Positions 1 to 9,133 of a stretch of DNA of 64,000 bases are shown here, piece by piece. Every line of letters starts with the position of its first letter. Within the stretch, counting starts at the first letter, position 1. The notes beneath the pieces were generated by a model. The model was not told the DNA's origin and did not search any database. It was given only the letters and a program-made list of their open reading frames with translations. The position numbers and the translations under genes are program-made. The DNA lies in sequence record NC_028950.1. The stretch is one strand, 5' to 3'.

Positions 1-1261
1 CACACACTTTCAGAATATCGCGAGCGGCGATAATTTTAAAATCGATGTAGTCCAGCAGCAGACTTTCGAGCAACGACAGGTTCGTGTTGTCACGCGTATA
101 GAAGGCGCTGGAGAGGACGTAGCCGTTGTCCATGTCGATGGGCTTGATGACTGGCATCGGGGCAATGGAGCCGTCCGTAGGCGGTACAGGAGGCACGTAC
201 GCAGGCATTGTCGACTTGATGTTGACGGGAAGCAGAGGTTTCTGGATTTCCTTGGCCATCATGAAGTCAACGTTCGTCTTCGGATCAACCGGATACACGA
301 CTTGGGCGATACCCGAGTAGCGCATCGAGGCAAGCAAAGCCGAGCGGTGGAAGTTGATACGAGACGTCAAGCCAGTCTTCGTGTAGATGAAGTTCATCAA
401 CTTCGGATCACGATTGGAAAGCATCGTCCACAGACTCATGGACGAGATCGCACCATCGTCACCGATGTTCAACTCACGGATCGACTGGATATGAACATCG
501 TCGAACGAGTTCATGATCGACTTGACGAAATCGACCAGACCATGGTCGTAAGTCGGTACATCCTGCATCGGCACAACAATCGTCATGTACTCGCGACTGA
601 AGTACTGATTGAAATACAACTGAATGTAGTCGTACCAATAGCCAGCCAATTTCTTGCTGTTCTGGTAATCGTCCTCAACGAGCAAGGGATTCTGCATGTT
701 AAGCAGAAAGTCCTTGACGAAGTAGTACGTGACGATCGTCTTCTGATCGAGATCGTAGATACGCGTCTGATCATTGATCGCAATCAGCTGATACTCGATC
801 TGGTGGGCATGATCCACGAAGATCTGCATCGCCTGAACTTTCGTGACCTTGAAGATACCTTCACGGCCATCGGCAATGCCGGCACGGAACATGTCGCCTT
901 CCTGAGGAACCAGGAAAGGATAGACGTTCGCCATACCCTGCATCGTCATTTCGTTGGTCTGAGGATCTTGAGAAACCTGCGTCAAGTCCTGAGTCACTTT
1001 CAGTTCCATCGACCAGATGCGACGGTACTGTTGGAGAACGGCAGGCAAGGACGTATCCTGGCCTTTGATCTCACTGTTCTTGTCGAGGATCTGTGAGTAG
1101 TAATCTACCACCCACGGCGAGCCTTCGATATACGCAAGCAGATCGCTCTGAGGCGTATATTCAGTATCGATGACAGCGGTCTTCACACCCGGCTTGAACG
1201 GACGCACGATGTCCAGTTTGGGCTGAGTGGGAGCCTTGTCGGTATCTGTCCAAAGCGGCAT
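1..1261 (-). CDS. Virion structural protein, phiKZ gp99-101 region (partial, runs off window start)
   Basis: Not in ORF track. Hand translation from ATG at 1261 (GAGG RBS) is open to base 1: MPLWTDTDKAPTQPKLDIVRPFKPG...YIEGSPWVVDYYSQIL...ANVYPFLVPQEGDMF. Lies in the structural cluster. Confidence 0.75.
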   Translation of the reverse strand, partial: MPLWTDTDKAPTQPKLDIVRPFKPGVKTAVIDTEYTPQSDLLAYIEGSPWVVDYYSQILDKNSEIKGQDTSLPAVLQQYRRIWSMELKVTQDLTQVSQDPQTNEMTMQGMANVYPFLVPQEGDMFRAGIADGREGIFKVTKVQAMQIFVDHAHQIEYQLIAINDQTRIYDLDQKTIVTYYFVKDFLLNMQNPLLVEDDYQNSKKLAGYWYDYIQLYFNQYFSREYMTIVVPMQDVPTYDHGLVDFVKSIMNSFDDVHIQSIRELNIGDDGAISSMSLWTMLSNRDPKLMNFIYTKTGLTSRINFHRSALLASMRYSGIAQVVYPVDPKTNVDFMMAKEIQKPLLPVNIKSTMPAYVPPVPPTDGSIAPMPVIKPIDMDNGYVLSSAFYTRDNTNLSLLESLLLDYIDFKIIAARDILKVC

Positions 1262-1270
1262 TGCGTCCTC

Positions 1271-2836
1271 TTAATTCTTCGATTTAAAAACGCCATTGAC
1301 GGTACTGAACTGTACGGTCTTCATGGCACGATTGATGGTTCGGCCTTTGAGACATTCAGCGAATGCGTCGTAGGAGCGTGGCGTCAAGCCGTTAGCGAGA
1401 ATGTTGTCGCACGGCCGATAGTTGCCCGCGGTCGTCGGCGCAATGTACTGCACGATCTGTTCGAACGCACAGGGCGAATTACGCAGACGAGCCTTGGCAT
1501 CTTCCGTGATGTAGGTGAGGTCAGTGGTCACCGAAACACGCAAATGCCAGACCTTACGTTTGTTGAGCGGCTGAGTCGAATAGACGTTCAGATTCTCATC
1601 CATGCGAATCCAGCTCGGATCAGCCAGCAGTCGACCCATGTAAAGGGCGACGTTCACTGCCGATTGGCGAGGCTTGGTCACATACTGAGCTTCCGACGCC
1701 ATGAACTGCTTCATGCAGTCACTGAACTGGAAACCGTACGAATCCGCTTCGAGATCCGTCAGGTTCATGAGCAGGTTCGGATCCATCCCAGCTGCCACTT
1801 GTTCGTCAGTTGGCAACAACACGAGAGTCGTCACCATACGCATCGTCCTTTCAGGAACATTGCGAGGCATGAACTCATCGAACGTCGGGAAGTAACGACC
1901 CGGGAAATCACGCCATACCTGATTGATGTCGTTCATAGCTTCAAACGACTTCAGATGTGCCATCGACCAGCTACGTGATTGCTGATGGTCTTCCAAACGC
2001 TGGAAGCCTTCCTGATTGCGGAACTTCTTGTCCAGGATCTGATTGTGAACCGAGATCGGGTACATGAAGTGAATGTCCTTCGGCTTCTCGTAACGCAGTA
2101 CGTACGGAATTTCCACTTCCCATACATCGGTTTCGTCTTTACGCTGACCGAAGTCAGGTTCAGAACCGATGTCGAAGAAACCGAGACAACGCATCTGGGT
2201 ATCTTTGAATACCCCCAGCGTGTTCTTACCAGCCTGATCAGTCAACAGACCGTATCGGGGATTGACCCATTTCTGGAAGAACGTGTCAAAGTCCTCGCCA
2301 TAGCCCGCTACAGCCTCCTGGAGGCTCCAGAGTTCTTTCAGGATGACCATGTAGGACTCAGGCATCGCAAACGAATACTGAAGCGTATGAAGCCACGTAT
2401 CTTCGCGGTTCGGGATCTTCATGATCATGTAATCGTACCAGCGACGAGCATCCGTCTTGTTCTTGGCACGATAATGGATCGAGAACTTCATTTCCACCGA
2501 TGCATAAATCGGACGCATCTCGATTTCGAGGTCACGATTCAGAAAGAGTGGAATCTGTTCAGGCTGTTTGGTCACCATCGCCGGCAGCCAATCGTTGACG
2601 TAGTTCTCCGTAATTTCGATGAAGATCTTGTCAGTCGACGGCAGGCGAATGGTTTCGTATTTGTTGGAGATATAGCCATGAGGCTGAGCGACCGTATCCG
2701 CATAACCCGGATAGTTAATGTTCATGTTTGCGGGCAAACCGAGACGATCGATCAGAATTTCCTGGACCGTGGCTACAGCGATGGCACGACTCACCGACTG
2801 ATCGGATTCCAGGATAGGTCTTTGAATCTTGGGCAT
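1271..2836 (-). CDS. Conserved virion structural protein (phiKZ gp98-100 region)
   Basis: 521-aa ORF with phage codon bias, tightly packed with neighbours; function from synteny only. Confidence 0.7.
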   Translation of the reverse strand: MPKIQRPILESDQSVSRAIAVATVQEILIDRLGLPANMNINYPGYADTVAQPHGYISNKYETIRLPSTDKIFIEITENYVNDWLPAMVTKQPEQIPLFLNRDLEIEMRPIYASVEMKFSIHYRAKNKTDARRWYDYMIMKIPNREDTWLHTLQYSFAMPESYMVILKELWSLQEAVAGYGEDFDTFFQKWVNPRYGLLTDQAGKNTLGVFKDTQMRCLGFFDIGSEPDFGQRKDETDVWEVEIPYVLRYEKPKDIHFMYPISVHNQILDKKFRNQEGFQRLEDHQQSRSWSMAHLKSFEAMNDINQVWRDFPGRYFPTFDEFMPRNVPERTMRMVTTLVLLPTDEQVAAGMDPNLLMNLTDLEADSYGFQFSDCMKQFMASEAQYVTKPRQSAVNVALYMGRLLADPSWIRMDENLNVYSTQPLNKRKVWHLRVSVTTDLTYITEDAKARLRNSPCAFEQIVQYIAPTTAGNYRPCDNILANGLTPRSYDAFAECLKGRTINRAMKTVQFSTVNGVFKSKN

Positions 2837-2870
2837 AAGTTGTCCAGTGTTGGTTCTATGTCAAAAGATG

Positions 2871-3287
2871 TCACTCGTTTCGCTGCATGTAATCAGGCAG
2901 ATCGGGAAACGGCAAAATCTTTCCTTTCAATTCGTGGGAGCAGTCGTCCAGGAAATACACTTCTCCCGGCTTGGCTCCATTGCAGCCTACCCAGGTATGG
3001 CACTGCTGGCATTCGAAATCGTGTTCGTCTTCAGGATGCTTCTCGTTGAACGTACACCAGCAATCGTCACCAGGTTTATGGGAAGTACAGTAGTGACCGG
3101 AACGCGTGAGAACGCTCGGACCGAAGACGGGATTGTTCACATCTCCATTCCACGTCCAGTTCTGACCCGGAGGACCACCTTGTGTGGTGATCTGGTGCGT
3201 GGTTTTACATCCTTGGCACCAGTAGGTCAAACCGCTACGGCCACGATTGTCAGACCAGTTACGAAGTTTCGAAGACAGAAGCGCCAT
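2871..3287 (-). CDS. DUF6527-like Cys/His-rich (Zn-binding) protein
   Basis: Start moved to ATG 3287. Motifs WCQGCKTTH...WTWNGDVNNPVFGPSVL...CHTWV...FLDDCSHELKG recalled as DUF6527-type. Confidence 0.65.
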   Translation of the reverse strand: MALLSSKLRNWSDNRGRSGLTYWCQGCKTTHQITTQGGPPGQNWTWNGDVNNPVFGPSVLTRSGHYCTSHKPGDDCWCTFNEKHPEDEHDFECQQCHTWVGCNGAKPGEVYFLDDCSHELKGKILPFPDLPDYMQRNE

Positions 3288-3322
3288 GATGTTCTCAATA
3301 AAGATTAACCAAAGGATCAACA

Positions 3323-3350
3323 CTACCAGTAGCCTTTCGGCTACTGGTAG
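3323..3350 (-). terminator. Hairpin, 12-bp stem, GAAA loop on minus strand
   Basis: ctaccagtagcc-tttc-ggctactggtag perfect inverted repeat just past the stop at 3363. Confidence 0.7.
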
Positions 3351-3362
3351 AGGATCTGCTGT

Positions 3363-3641
3363 TTAGTCGTCGTGACCACGAGTGCGTTCACGGAAGGAAC
3401 TGTGACCCGACATCCGGGCTTTCAGATCCTTGTTGTTGGCGTCTCCAGGACCGTATGCATCGTTGATGGTCCTGACTGCACGCACAGCCGCATGGCCGAC
3501 GTTCTTGGCTGAACCCACCACTACTTCCTTAACGTCATGCGCGGCGTTCTTCACACCTTGCTTGGCGTTTTCTTTGGTGTCCTGCCACGAGCTCAGGGAA
3601 ACTTGGCTCTTGCGAGGTTTGTCGATTTGGTAGAAGCCCAT
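3363..3641 (-). CDS. Hypothetical protein (92 aa)
   Basis: ATG 2 nt after upstream stop; followed by hairpin. Confidence 0.65.
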   Translation of the reverse strand: MGFYQIDKPRKSQVSLSSWQDTKENAKQGVKNAAHDVKEVVVGSAKNVGHAAVRAVRTINDAYGPGDANNKDLKARMSGHSSFRERTRGHDD

Positions 3642-3643
3642 GA

Positions 3644-4954
3644 TCAGTGTCCGTCCTTCTTCAGGTCAACGTGGTTACCGCTACGGTTGTTGAAAGCCAA
3701 CACGTATTGGGCGAGATTGATGAAGGAGTTCACGATCCCGTCCACCATGCCGTAATACATCAGGCCGGGCTGATCCATCGTCTTCTGGAAGAACTTCAGA
3801 TCGTACATCATGATGTCACGGTCGGATTTCTTCTCTTTGCTGGAGAAGAGTCCTGCACCGATCTTCTTGATCTTGGCTTCCATGCCCTTGATGAACGCTT
3901 CCTTGTCAACCTGATACTGCTTGACTTTATCCGCACAGGCGAGCAACTGCTTGTTCAGATACTGGATGTTCTCGATGAGCTTGTCGGGATTGGCGAAATC
4001 GCCTTCCAGTACAGCATACTTGTTCAGGTTGATGATGCCTTCGACCTTCGTCTTGCTGATCTTCAGACCATCCACCCAACGAAGATTCTGCTTCATCACG
4101 TCGTCGCTCTTCGCATCGTACTTGGGAGGAGGCGGCATCTGAACCGTGATGAAAGTGCTGTCGCCGAATTCTTCCGACGCATACACCTTAACATCGCCAT
4201 TCTTACCGCGAGCAGCAGCAAGGATCTTTCCGTCACGAGTTTCCTCGAACGGAACAGGCATGGAGTCGTCGGTCGGCTTGTCGCCCATCATGCTTTCTTT
4301 GGCCTTGTGGTTCATCTCGTGCTGGGCGCTAAACACCTTCAGCATTTCAGAACCGATACGAGCCAAAGTCGGACCATCCATGATGCCGTGGTTGGTCACG
4401 ATATGCTTAAGGATTTCAGGCTTGGACAGATCGCACTTGGTGTAGAAGCCGTTGGAGCCAATGGGATACGGACCATCCTTCTTCTGTTCGTCGGTCTTTT
4501 TCTCGTTGGCAGCTTTGACTTCTTCAGCCTTGTTCTTCAGATCGGCTGTCTTTTCTTCATGATCCTTGTTGCGCGTGAAGATACGCTTGATCAGACCCCC
4601 GACCCACAGGAACGCTTTCTTGATCGCATTGATAATGGACATGAAAACATTCTTGATGCCTTCGCCGAAACCTTCAAGAGCAGCGTGACTGATGTCATGT
4701 TGCTTGAACGATTGCAGATCGGGAATCACTTTGTTCGAATTTCCGCCGATACGACCCAGACGCAGGAAGCATTCAACGGAGTGCTGGACGAGTTTATACG
4801 CCGTCTCATCGAGTCCCTTATCGCCGTCGGTCATCAGTTCCTGGGTATACGTGAGACTTTCCAGAGTCTGAATGGCCGTTTCGACTTTCTCGTTATCGTG
4901 AGCATAAGCCTGGAGGTCCAGATCCAAGCTATCGTTATAGGTGAGTGAGCTCAT
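3644..4954 (-). CDS. Internal head (inner body/ejection) protein, phiKZ gp93-97-like family
   Basis: 436 aa; prohead-protease-type S/A/G-x-E site (ALEGF) followed by amphipathic helix IKNVFMSIINAIKKAFLWVGGLIKRIF; paralog of 5061..6377. Confidence 0.75.
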   Translation of the reverse strand: MSSLTYNDSLDLDLQAYAHDNEKVETAIQTLESLTYTQELMTDGDKGLDETAYKLVQHSVECFLRLGRIGGNSNKVIPDLQSFKQHDISHAALEGFGEGIKNVFMSIINAIKKAFLWVGGLIKRIFTRNKDHEEKTADLKNKAEEVKAANEKKTDEQKKDGPYPIGSNGFYTKCDLSKPEILKHIVTNHGIMDGPTLARIGSEMLKVFSAQHEMNHKAKESMMGDKPTDDSMPVPFEETRDGKILAAARGKNGDVKVYASEEFGDSTFITVQMPPPPKYDAKSDDVMKQNLRWVDGLKISKTKVEGIINLNKYAVLEGDFANPDKLIENIQYLNKQLLACADKVKQYQVDKEAFIKGMEAKIKKIGAGLFSSKEKKSDRDIMMYDLKFFQKTMDQPGLMYYGMVDGIVNSFINLAQYVLAFNNRSGNHVDLKKDGH

Positions 4955-4981
4955 CGGATTCCTTAATTAGACGTCATAAGA

Positions 4982-5015
4982 GAATACTCAGGAGCCCGAA
5001 GGCTCCTGAGTATTC
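4982..5015 (-). terminator. 15-bp hairpin, UUCG loop on minus strand, followed by TATG instead of a U-tract
   Basis: gaatactcaggagcc-cgaa-ggctcctgagtattc; cata at 4976-4979. Confidence 0.75.
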
Positions 5016-5060
5016 CCAGTGACAACTAACCGAAGTCAGTTACCGGCACGAAGCCAAGGA

Positions 5061-6377
5061 TTACTCCTTGTTTTCGTACTGGCGTGCCGACAGTTCGGCG
5101 TATTGCAGCGCCGAGCTCATGCCGCGGATCGAGTGCGAGGCGTACGACGCCGCCGGCTCGTCCATCAGCTTGCGGAAGATCGTCGCGTTGGCCTTGGCGA
5201 TCTTGTCCTGGTCAGCCTTCGAGTCACCAGCAGCGCGCTCGTCGCTACGCGACATGTACTTTTCGAGCTTCTGGATGAACTTCGTCTTGTTGTTGTTGAT
5301 CTCGGTCAGGTTGCGCTTGTACTCGCTGACTTCGCCGGCGAACTTCTCGATGGCTTCCGCGAAGCCGCGGATTTCGTCGACGCCGAGGGTCTTCAGGCTC
5401 TTGCCTTCGTCCTTCTTCTCGGACAGGCTCACCGAACCGGCCTTGATCTTGCTCGCGTACTCGCCAGCGCCCTTCGCGTCCGTGCCTTGGTTCTTGGCCA
5501 TGGCCAGGTACACGACGGATTCGCCCGGGAAGCGCGAGGTCACGTAGACCGCGACGTCGCTTTCAGCCGTCACGCGCTTGGCGGTGCCGCCGTCGGCCGG
5601 CTTCATGCCGTACGATGCCGGGGTCGGCTCGATCATGTCGGTCACGCTGACTTCGGCGATCTTGCCGAACTTGTCGGTCAGTTCCTTCTGAGCCTTGAAG
5701 AGGGCTGCGCCTTCCTTCGAGAGCTCTTGCAGGCCCTGCACCGTCACCGGAGCGCCGTTGACGCGCACAGCGTTGTACAGGCTGTTGTTTTCGAAGCTGG
5801 CTTCTTCAGCCTGGCCCGACAGCTTCGTCGTCGATTCCTTCAGCTTCTGAGCGCGCTGTTGCAGACGCTCGGCCGCGCCGAAGATCTTGTTGAAGAAGTT
5901 GCGGACCCACTCGATCGACTTCTTGATCGCGTCGACGATCGATTGCCAGATCTTCTTGGCGGAGATTTCGAGTGCTTCGACGGTGGCTTTGCCCAGGGCA
6001 GCGCGGTTGCTGCGCGTACGGAACGATTCCGACGACGGGATGCCGAGCTGCTTGTACGTCACGCCGATGCGTGCGACGCGGAGCAGCGTTTCGACGGACG
6101 TTTCGATGATCTCGGCCGTGTTCTCGTCGATGCCTTCGCCTTCGTTCGCTTCCGCGACTTGTTCGGCGATGGTTTCCAGGCCGTCGGCTGCAACAGCAGC
6201 TGCGTCGATCTGGTCGTTGCCCGTGTTGATCGCAGCTTCGTCGGCGTTGATTTCGCTGACGGCCGATGCCAGGGTGTTGGTTTCGTCCGGAGCGATTGCG
6301 TCAGCACCGGTCATGTTGTCTGCGGCGTCGAAGTTTTCGTTCGAGTGCAGGATGCCGCTTTGCGGAAGGAAAGACAT
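5061..6377 (-). CDS. Abundant internal head protein, phiKZ gp93-97-like family
   Basis: 438 aa; strong high-expression codon bias; acidic propeptide with SNE/GLE/SSE/ALE sites, then KIWQSIVDAIKKSIEWVRNFFNKIFG helix. Confidence 0.8.
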   Translation of the reverse strand: MSFLPQSGILHSNENFDAADNMTGADAIAPDETNTLASAVSEINADEAAINTGNDQIDAAAVAADGLETIAEQVAEANEGEGIDENTAEIIETSVETLLRVARIGVTYKQLGIPSSESFRTRSNRAALGKATVEALEISAKKIWQSIVDAIKKSIEWVRNFFNKIFGAAERLQQRAQKLKESTTKLSGQAEEASFENNSLYNAVRVNGAPVTVQGLQELSKEGAALFKAQKELTDKFGKIAEVSVTDMIEPTPASYGMKPADGGTAKRVTAESDVAVYVTSRFPGESVVYLAMAKNQGTDAKGAGEYASKIKAGSVSLSEKKDEGKSLKTLGVDEIRGFAEAIEKFAGEVSEYKRNLTEINNNKTKFIQKLEKYMSRSDERAAGDSKADQDKIAKANATIFRKLMDEPAASYASHSIRGMSSALQYAELSARQYENKE

Positions 6378-6509
6378 GTGGATTACTCCATTGCAATGAA
6401 GAGGTTACTAAGAGGCCCTTAGTTTAAAACACCTACTCTCGTAGGATCCGGAAAAACGTGCATTCTAAACTATATGCCTAAAACACACGTTCTAGTTCTC
6501 ACCAGACTA

Positions 6510-7094
6510 TTAAGAGCCAAAGAACACGCGAAGGGTGAAAAGCATGTCGCTCAAACCATCCCGTTGTCCCAGCCATGTACGCAGGAAGTCCCGGATGAGA
6601 ACGGGTTCGTTGTTGTACCTGTTCAGAAGGAACTCGCGAGTGGCGACTCCGACCGTCCAGGCGTTGTGCTTTCCGATGTCCAGTGTGTCCACATAGATCA
6701 TCGGATGATACTTCCGGAACCCCGTGTACACGTAGCAGACCGTCTCGTCAACGAAACGATTTTGCATCGTGTCAAAATATGGGTTCTGTTTTTGTTTTTC
6801 GATCCATTCATTGATCGTCAAAGTGCCGAAAGCACCGAGGGCAGACCGATACAGGCGTTCGCGAAAAGCGAAATCCCGCTTGAGCATGTCCTCGTGCTTC
6901 GTGACCTCTTTCCAGAGTTCCTCGATGTCCGCGTTCGGAGTGAGGTCATTGGCCTCAGACTCCAAAGTGATACGCCGAGTTGCGGCACCTATAAGATCCA
7001 CCTGAATGGGTTTGTTCACCTGAGCCTTACGGTACTCGATGGGTGCACCGAGAAAACCGTTCGGGTAGAGTTTCAACCCACCGAAGATCTTCAT
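6510..7094 (-). CDS. Conserved hypothetical protein (phiKZ gp91/92 position)
   Basis: 194 aa; ATG overlaps upstream TAA (TAATG). Confidence 0.7.
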   Translation of the reverse strand: MKIFGGLKLYPNGFLGAPIEYRKAQVNKPIQVDLIGAATRRITLESEANDLTPNADIEELWKEVTKHEDMLKRDFAFRERLYRSALGAFGTLTINEWIEKQKQNPYFDTMQNRFVDETVCYVYTGFRKYHPMIYVDTLDIGKHNAWTVGVATREFLLNRYNNEPVLIRDFLRTWLGQRDGLSDMLFTLRVFFGS

Positions 7095-7984
7095 TACTGC
7101 ATCTCCTCTTCGGCCTTGTTGATTTTGTAAATCAAGCCTTCCGACTTATCGCGCAGGAGTTTGATCTCCTTCTCGACTTGCGGGTTGGACTTGCCGGCTT
7201 GCGCTTCTTCCAGGAGCAGGATACGCGACTGGATGCGACGCAGGTCTTCCTGCGCCTCTTTGTAGCGCCATGCCTGGAACTCGACGATCCACTTGCCGAT
7301 GTGGAAGAACGGGTTCAAGCCGACCGGGATGAAACCCATCTTGAACGGGTCCATCTTCAGTCGACCAAACAGCGCGTTGTTGTCGTCGCTGTCCACGTCC
7401 ACCTTCACGTTCGGGATCTCGTCGAACTTCGACTTGAACTTGTCGTCCGACAATGCTTCGAGAACTTCCAGGAAGAACGGGAAGCGATCTTCCACCCACG
7501 AAGCTTCACCCTTCGTGAGGTTGTCCTTCTGATAGTCCTCGTACATGCCGATGGCTTCGGTTTCGTACACCGTGACTGCCTCGATGAACTTGCGGCAGAA
7601 ACGGTTCAGGAATGAAGCGTTGTCCACCAGTTGCATCATGACAGCCGAACGATGGTCGATCGTGGCCTGCGACACCGTGTCGGGCATCGTCTTGCGGATT
7701 TCCTGAGCCAGGATATCCAGGTTCTTGGCAACCTTGTGGAGGCGCTCTTTCAGGTCTTCGACCACTGCCGCGTTGCGTCCCAGACGGAATGCTTCGCGAT
7801 AGCGTTCTTCGTACCCGAGGACCATCTCCGACTTCGGCTTGGTCGTTTTGAATGCCGCAGCAGCGGTGCTGACGATCGGAGTGACTTTGGTGCTCAGATC
7901 TTGCTGAACCACTTCCAGCGAGGAGAGTACCTCGTCCTTACTCGTCACACCCTTGAGCGACTTGACGTATGCGTTGATATTCAT
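7094..7984 (-). CDS. Virion head protein (phiKZ gp90-like)
   Basis: 296 aa; high-expression codon bias; synteny. Confidence 0.7.
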   Translation of the reverse strand: MNINAYVKSLKGVTSKDEVLSSLEVVQQDLSTKVTPIVSTAAAAFKTTKPKSEMVLGYEERYREAFRLGRNAAVVEDLKERLHKVAKNLDILAQEIRKTMPDTVSQATIDHRSAVMMQLVDNASFLNRFCRKFIEAVTVYETEAIGMYEDYQKDNLTKGEASWVEDRFPFFLEVLEALSDDKFKSKFDEIPNVKVDVDSDDNNALFGRLKMDPFKMGFIPVGLNPFFHIGKWIVEFQAWRYKEAQEDLRRIQSRILLLEEAQAGKSNPQVEKEIKLLRDKSEGLIYKINKAEEEMQ

Positions 7985-8000
7985 GTTGGCAGCCTTGCTG

Positions 8001-9101
8001 TTAGAAGCTCGGAGCGTTGCCGAGCTGGTAAGCTTTCAGAATATCGGTGATCGAGGCGCTTTCCTTCTGGTTGGCCGCCTTGCACTCGCGGATCGACAGA
8101 TCCGACACCGACGGAATACCGGTCGTGTAGAACTGCACACGGTCGTATTCCGTATCCATCACGGCCACGATGAACAAGCCCGTTGCGTCGAACAGCTTCT
8201 GGCGAGCCTTGAAGTTGCTGAACTTGTCGTTCATCGCCAGTTCGACCTTCTTGATGGTTTCCATCGTGGTCACCACCAGGTTCGTCGAGTTCGCAACCGA
8301 CGGGTTCAGCGACAGCATGCCGGAGAACTTGTTGTTGCGACGCTGATTGGCGAGTGCCGTGTAGACGCCCGTCTTGTCCTGCATCAGGTTCTTCTTGTGT
8401 TCCTTCACGAGATCACGTGCCGTGAGCAGATCGACCAGATTGATCTGACCGCTACGGTACTTGATCCAGCGCGTGGACACATCGTTGTCGACATGACCAG
8501 TCGAGAGCAGCTTCGAGAGCAGGTCGGGGACCATCGTCGAGGCTTGCAGACGAATCATGATCGGCAGCGTACCCTTGTTGCCACCAGCGGACACCTGAAC
8601 TTCCAGGAGCTTGCCCACCGACAGGTTGGACGCTTCCTTGATCACTTCCGTCGAACGCGAAGCCAGGCCGCCCGGTTCCGAGATTTCATTCTCGCCGCCG
8701 AGCATCTGCGTTGCTTCGTTCGAGATGGACTTGAACGACGGCAGACGATGCTTGAAGCTTTCGTTGGACATCGTCCAGATCGCGCCGGCGGTGTCGATGG
8801 CGCTGTCTTTCGGACTGCGATTGGGGTTGAGCTTGTCCAGGTGACGAGCCACTGCGATGTTGTCGATGCTTGCCTGGAGCATGTTCCAGGACAGCAGATA
8901 GTATGCCGAAAAAGCCGAATGCAGTGACTGGGTCACTGTGGGCGTATTTTCGTTGAAGAGCACACTGGAGTCGACGATCATCAGGGGTTCGACGCGCGCA
9001 GGACGGGTGTAGTCGACGTACGAATCGGCAGTGCCGGAACGCATTGCGTCGATTACTTTGCCAGCGGTGACGAGGCCGGCTTCTCCAAGCTTTTCAAGCA
9101 T
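8001..9101 (-). CDS. Virion head protein (phiKZ gp89-like)
   Basis: Start moved to ATG 9101 (GAGG RBS), removing overlap with the divergent gene; YTRPARVEPLMIVD motif; SNE sites. Confidence 0.7.
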   Translation of the reverse strand: MLEKLGEAGLVTAGKVIDAMRSGTADSYVDYTRPARVEPLMIVDSSVLFNENTPTVTQSLHSAFSAYYLLSWNMLQASIDNIAVARHLDKLNPNRSPKDSAIDTAGAIWTMSNESFKHRLPSFKSISNEATQMLGGENEISEPGGLASRSTEVIKEASNLSVGKLLEVQVSAGGNKGTLPIMIRLQASTMVPDLLSKLLSTGHVDNDVSTRWIKYRSGQINLVDLLTARDLVKEHKKNLMQDKTGVYTALANQRRNNKFSGMLSLNPSVANSTNLVVTTMETIKKVELAMNDKFSNFKARQKLFDATGLFIVAVMDTEYDRVQFYTTGIPSVSDLSIRECKAANQKESASITDILKAYQLGNAPSF

Positions 9102-9133
9102 GATTTTATTCCTCGGGATAACAGGACTTTTAA

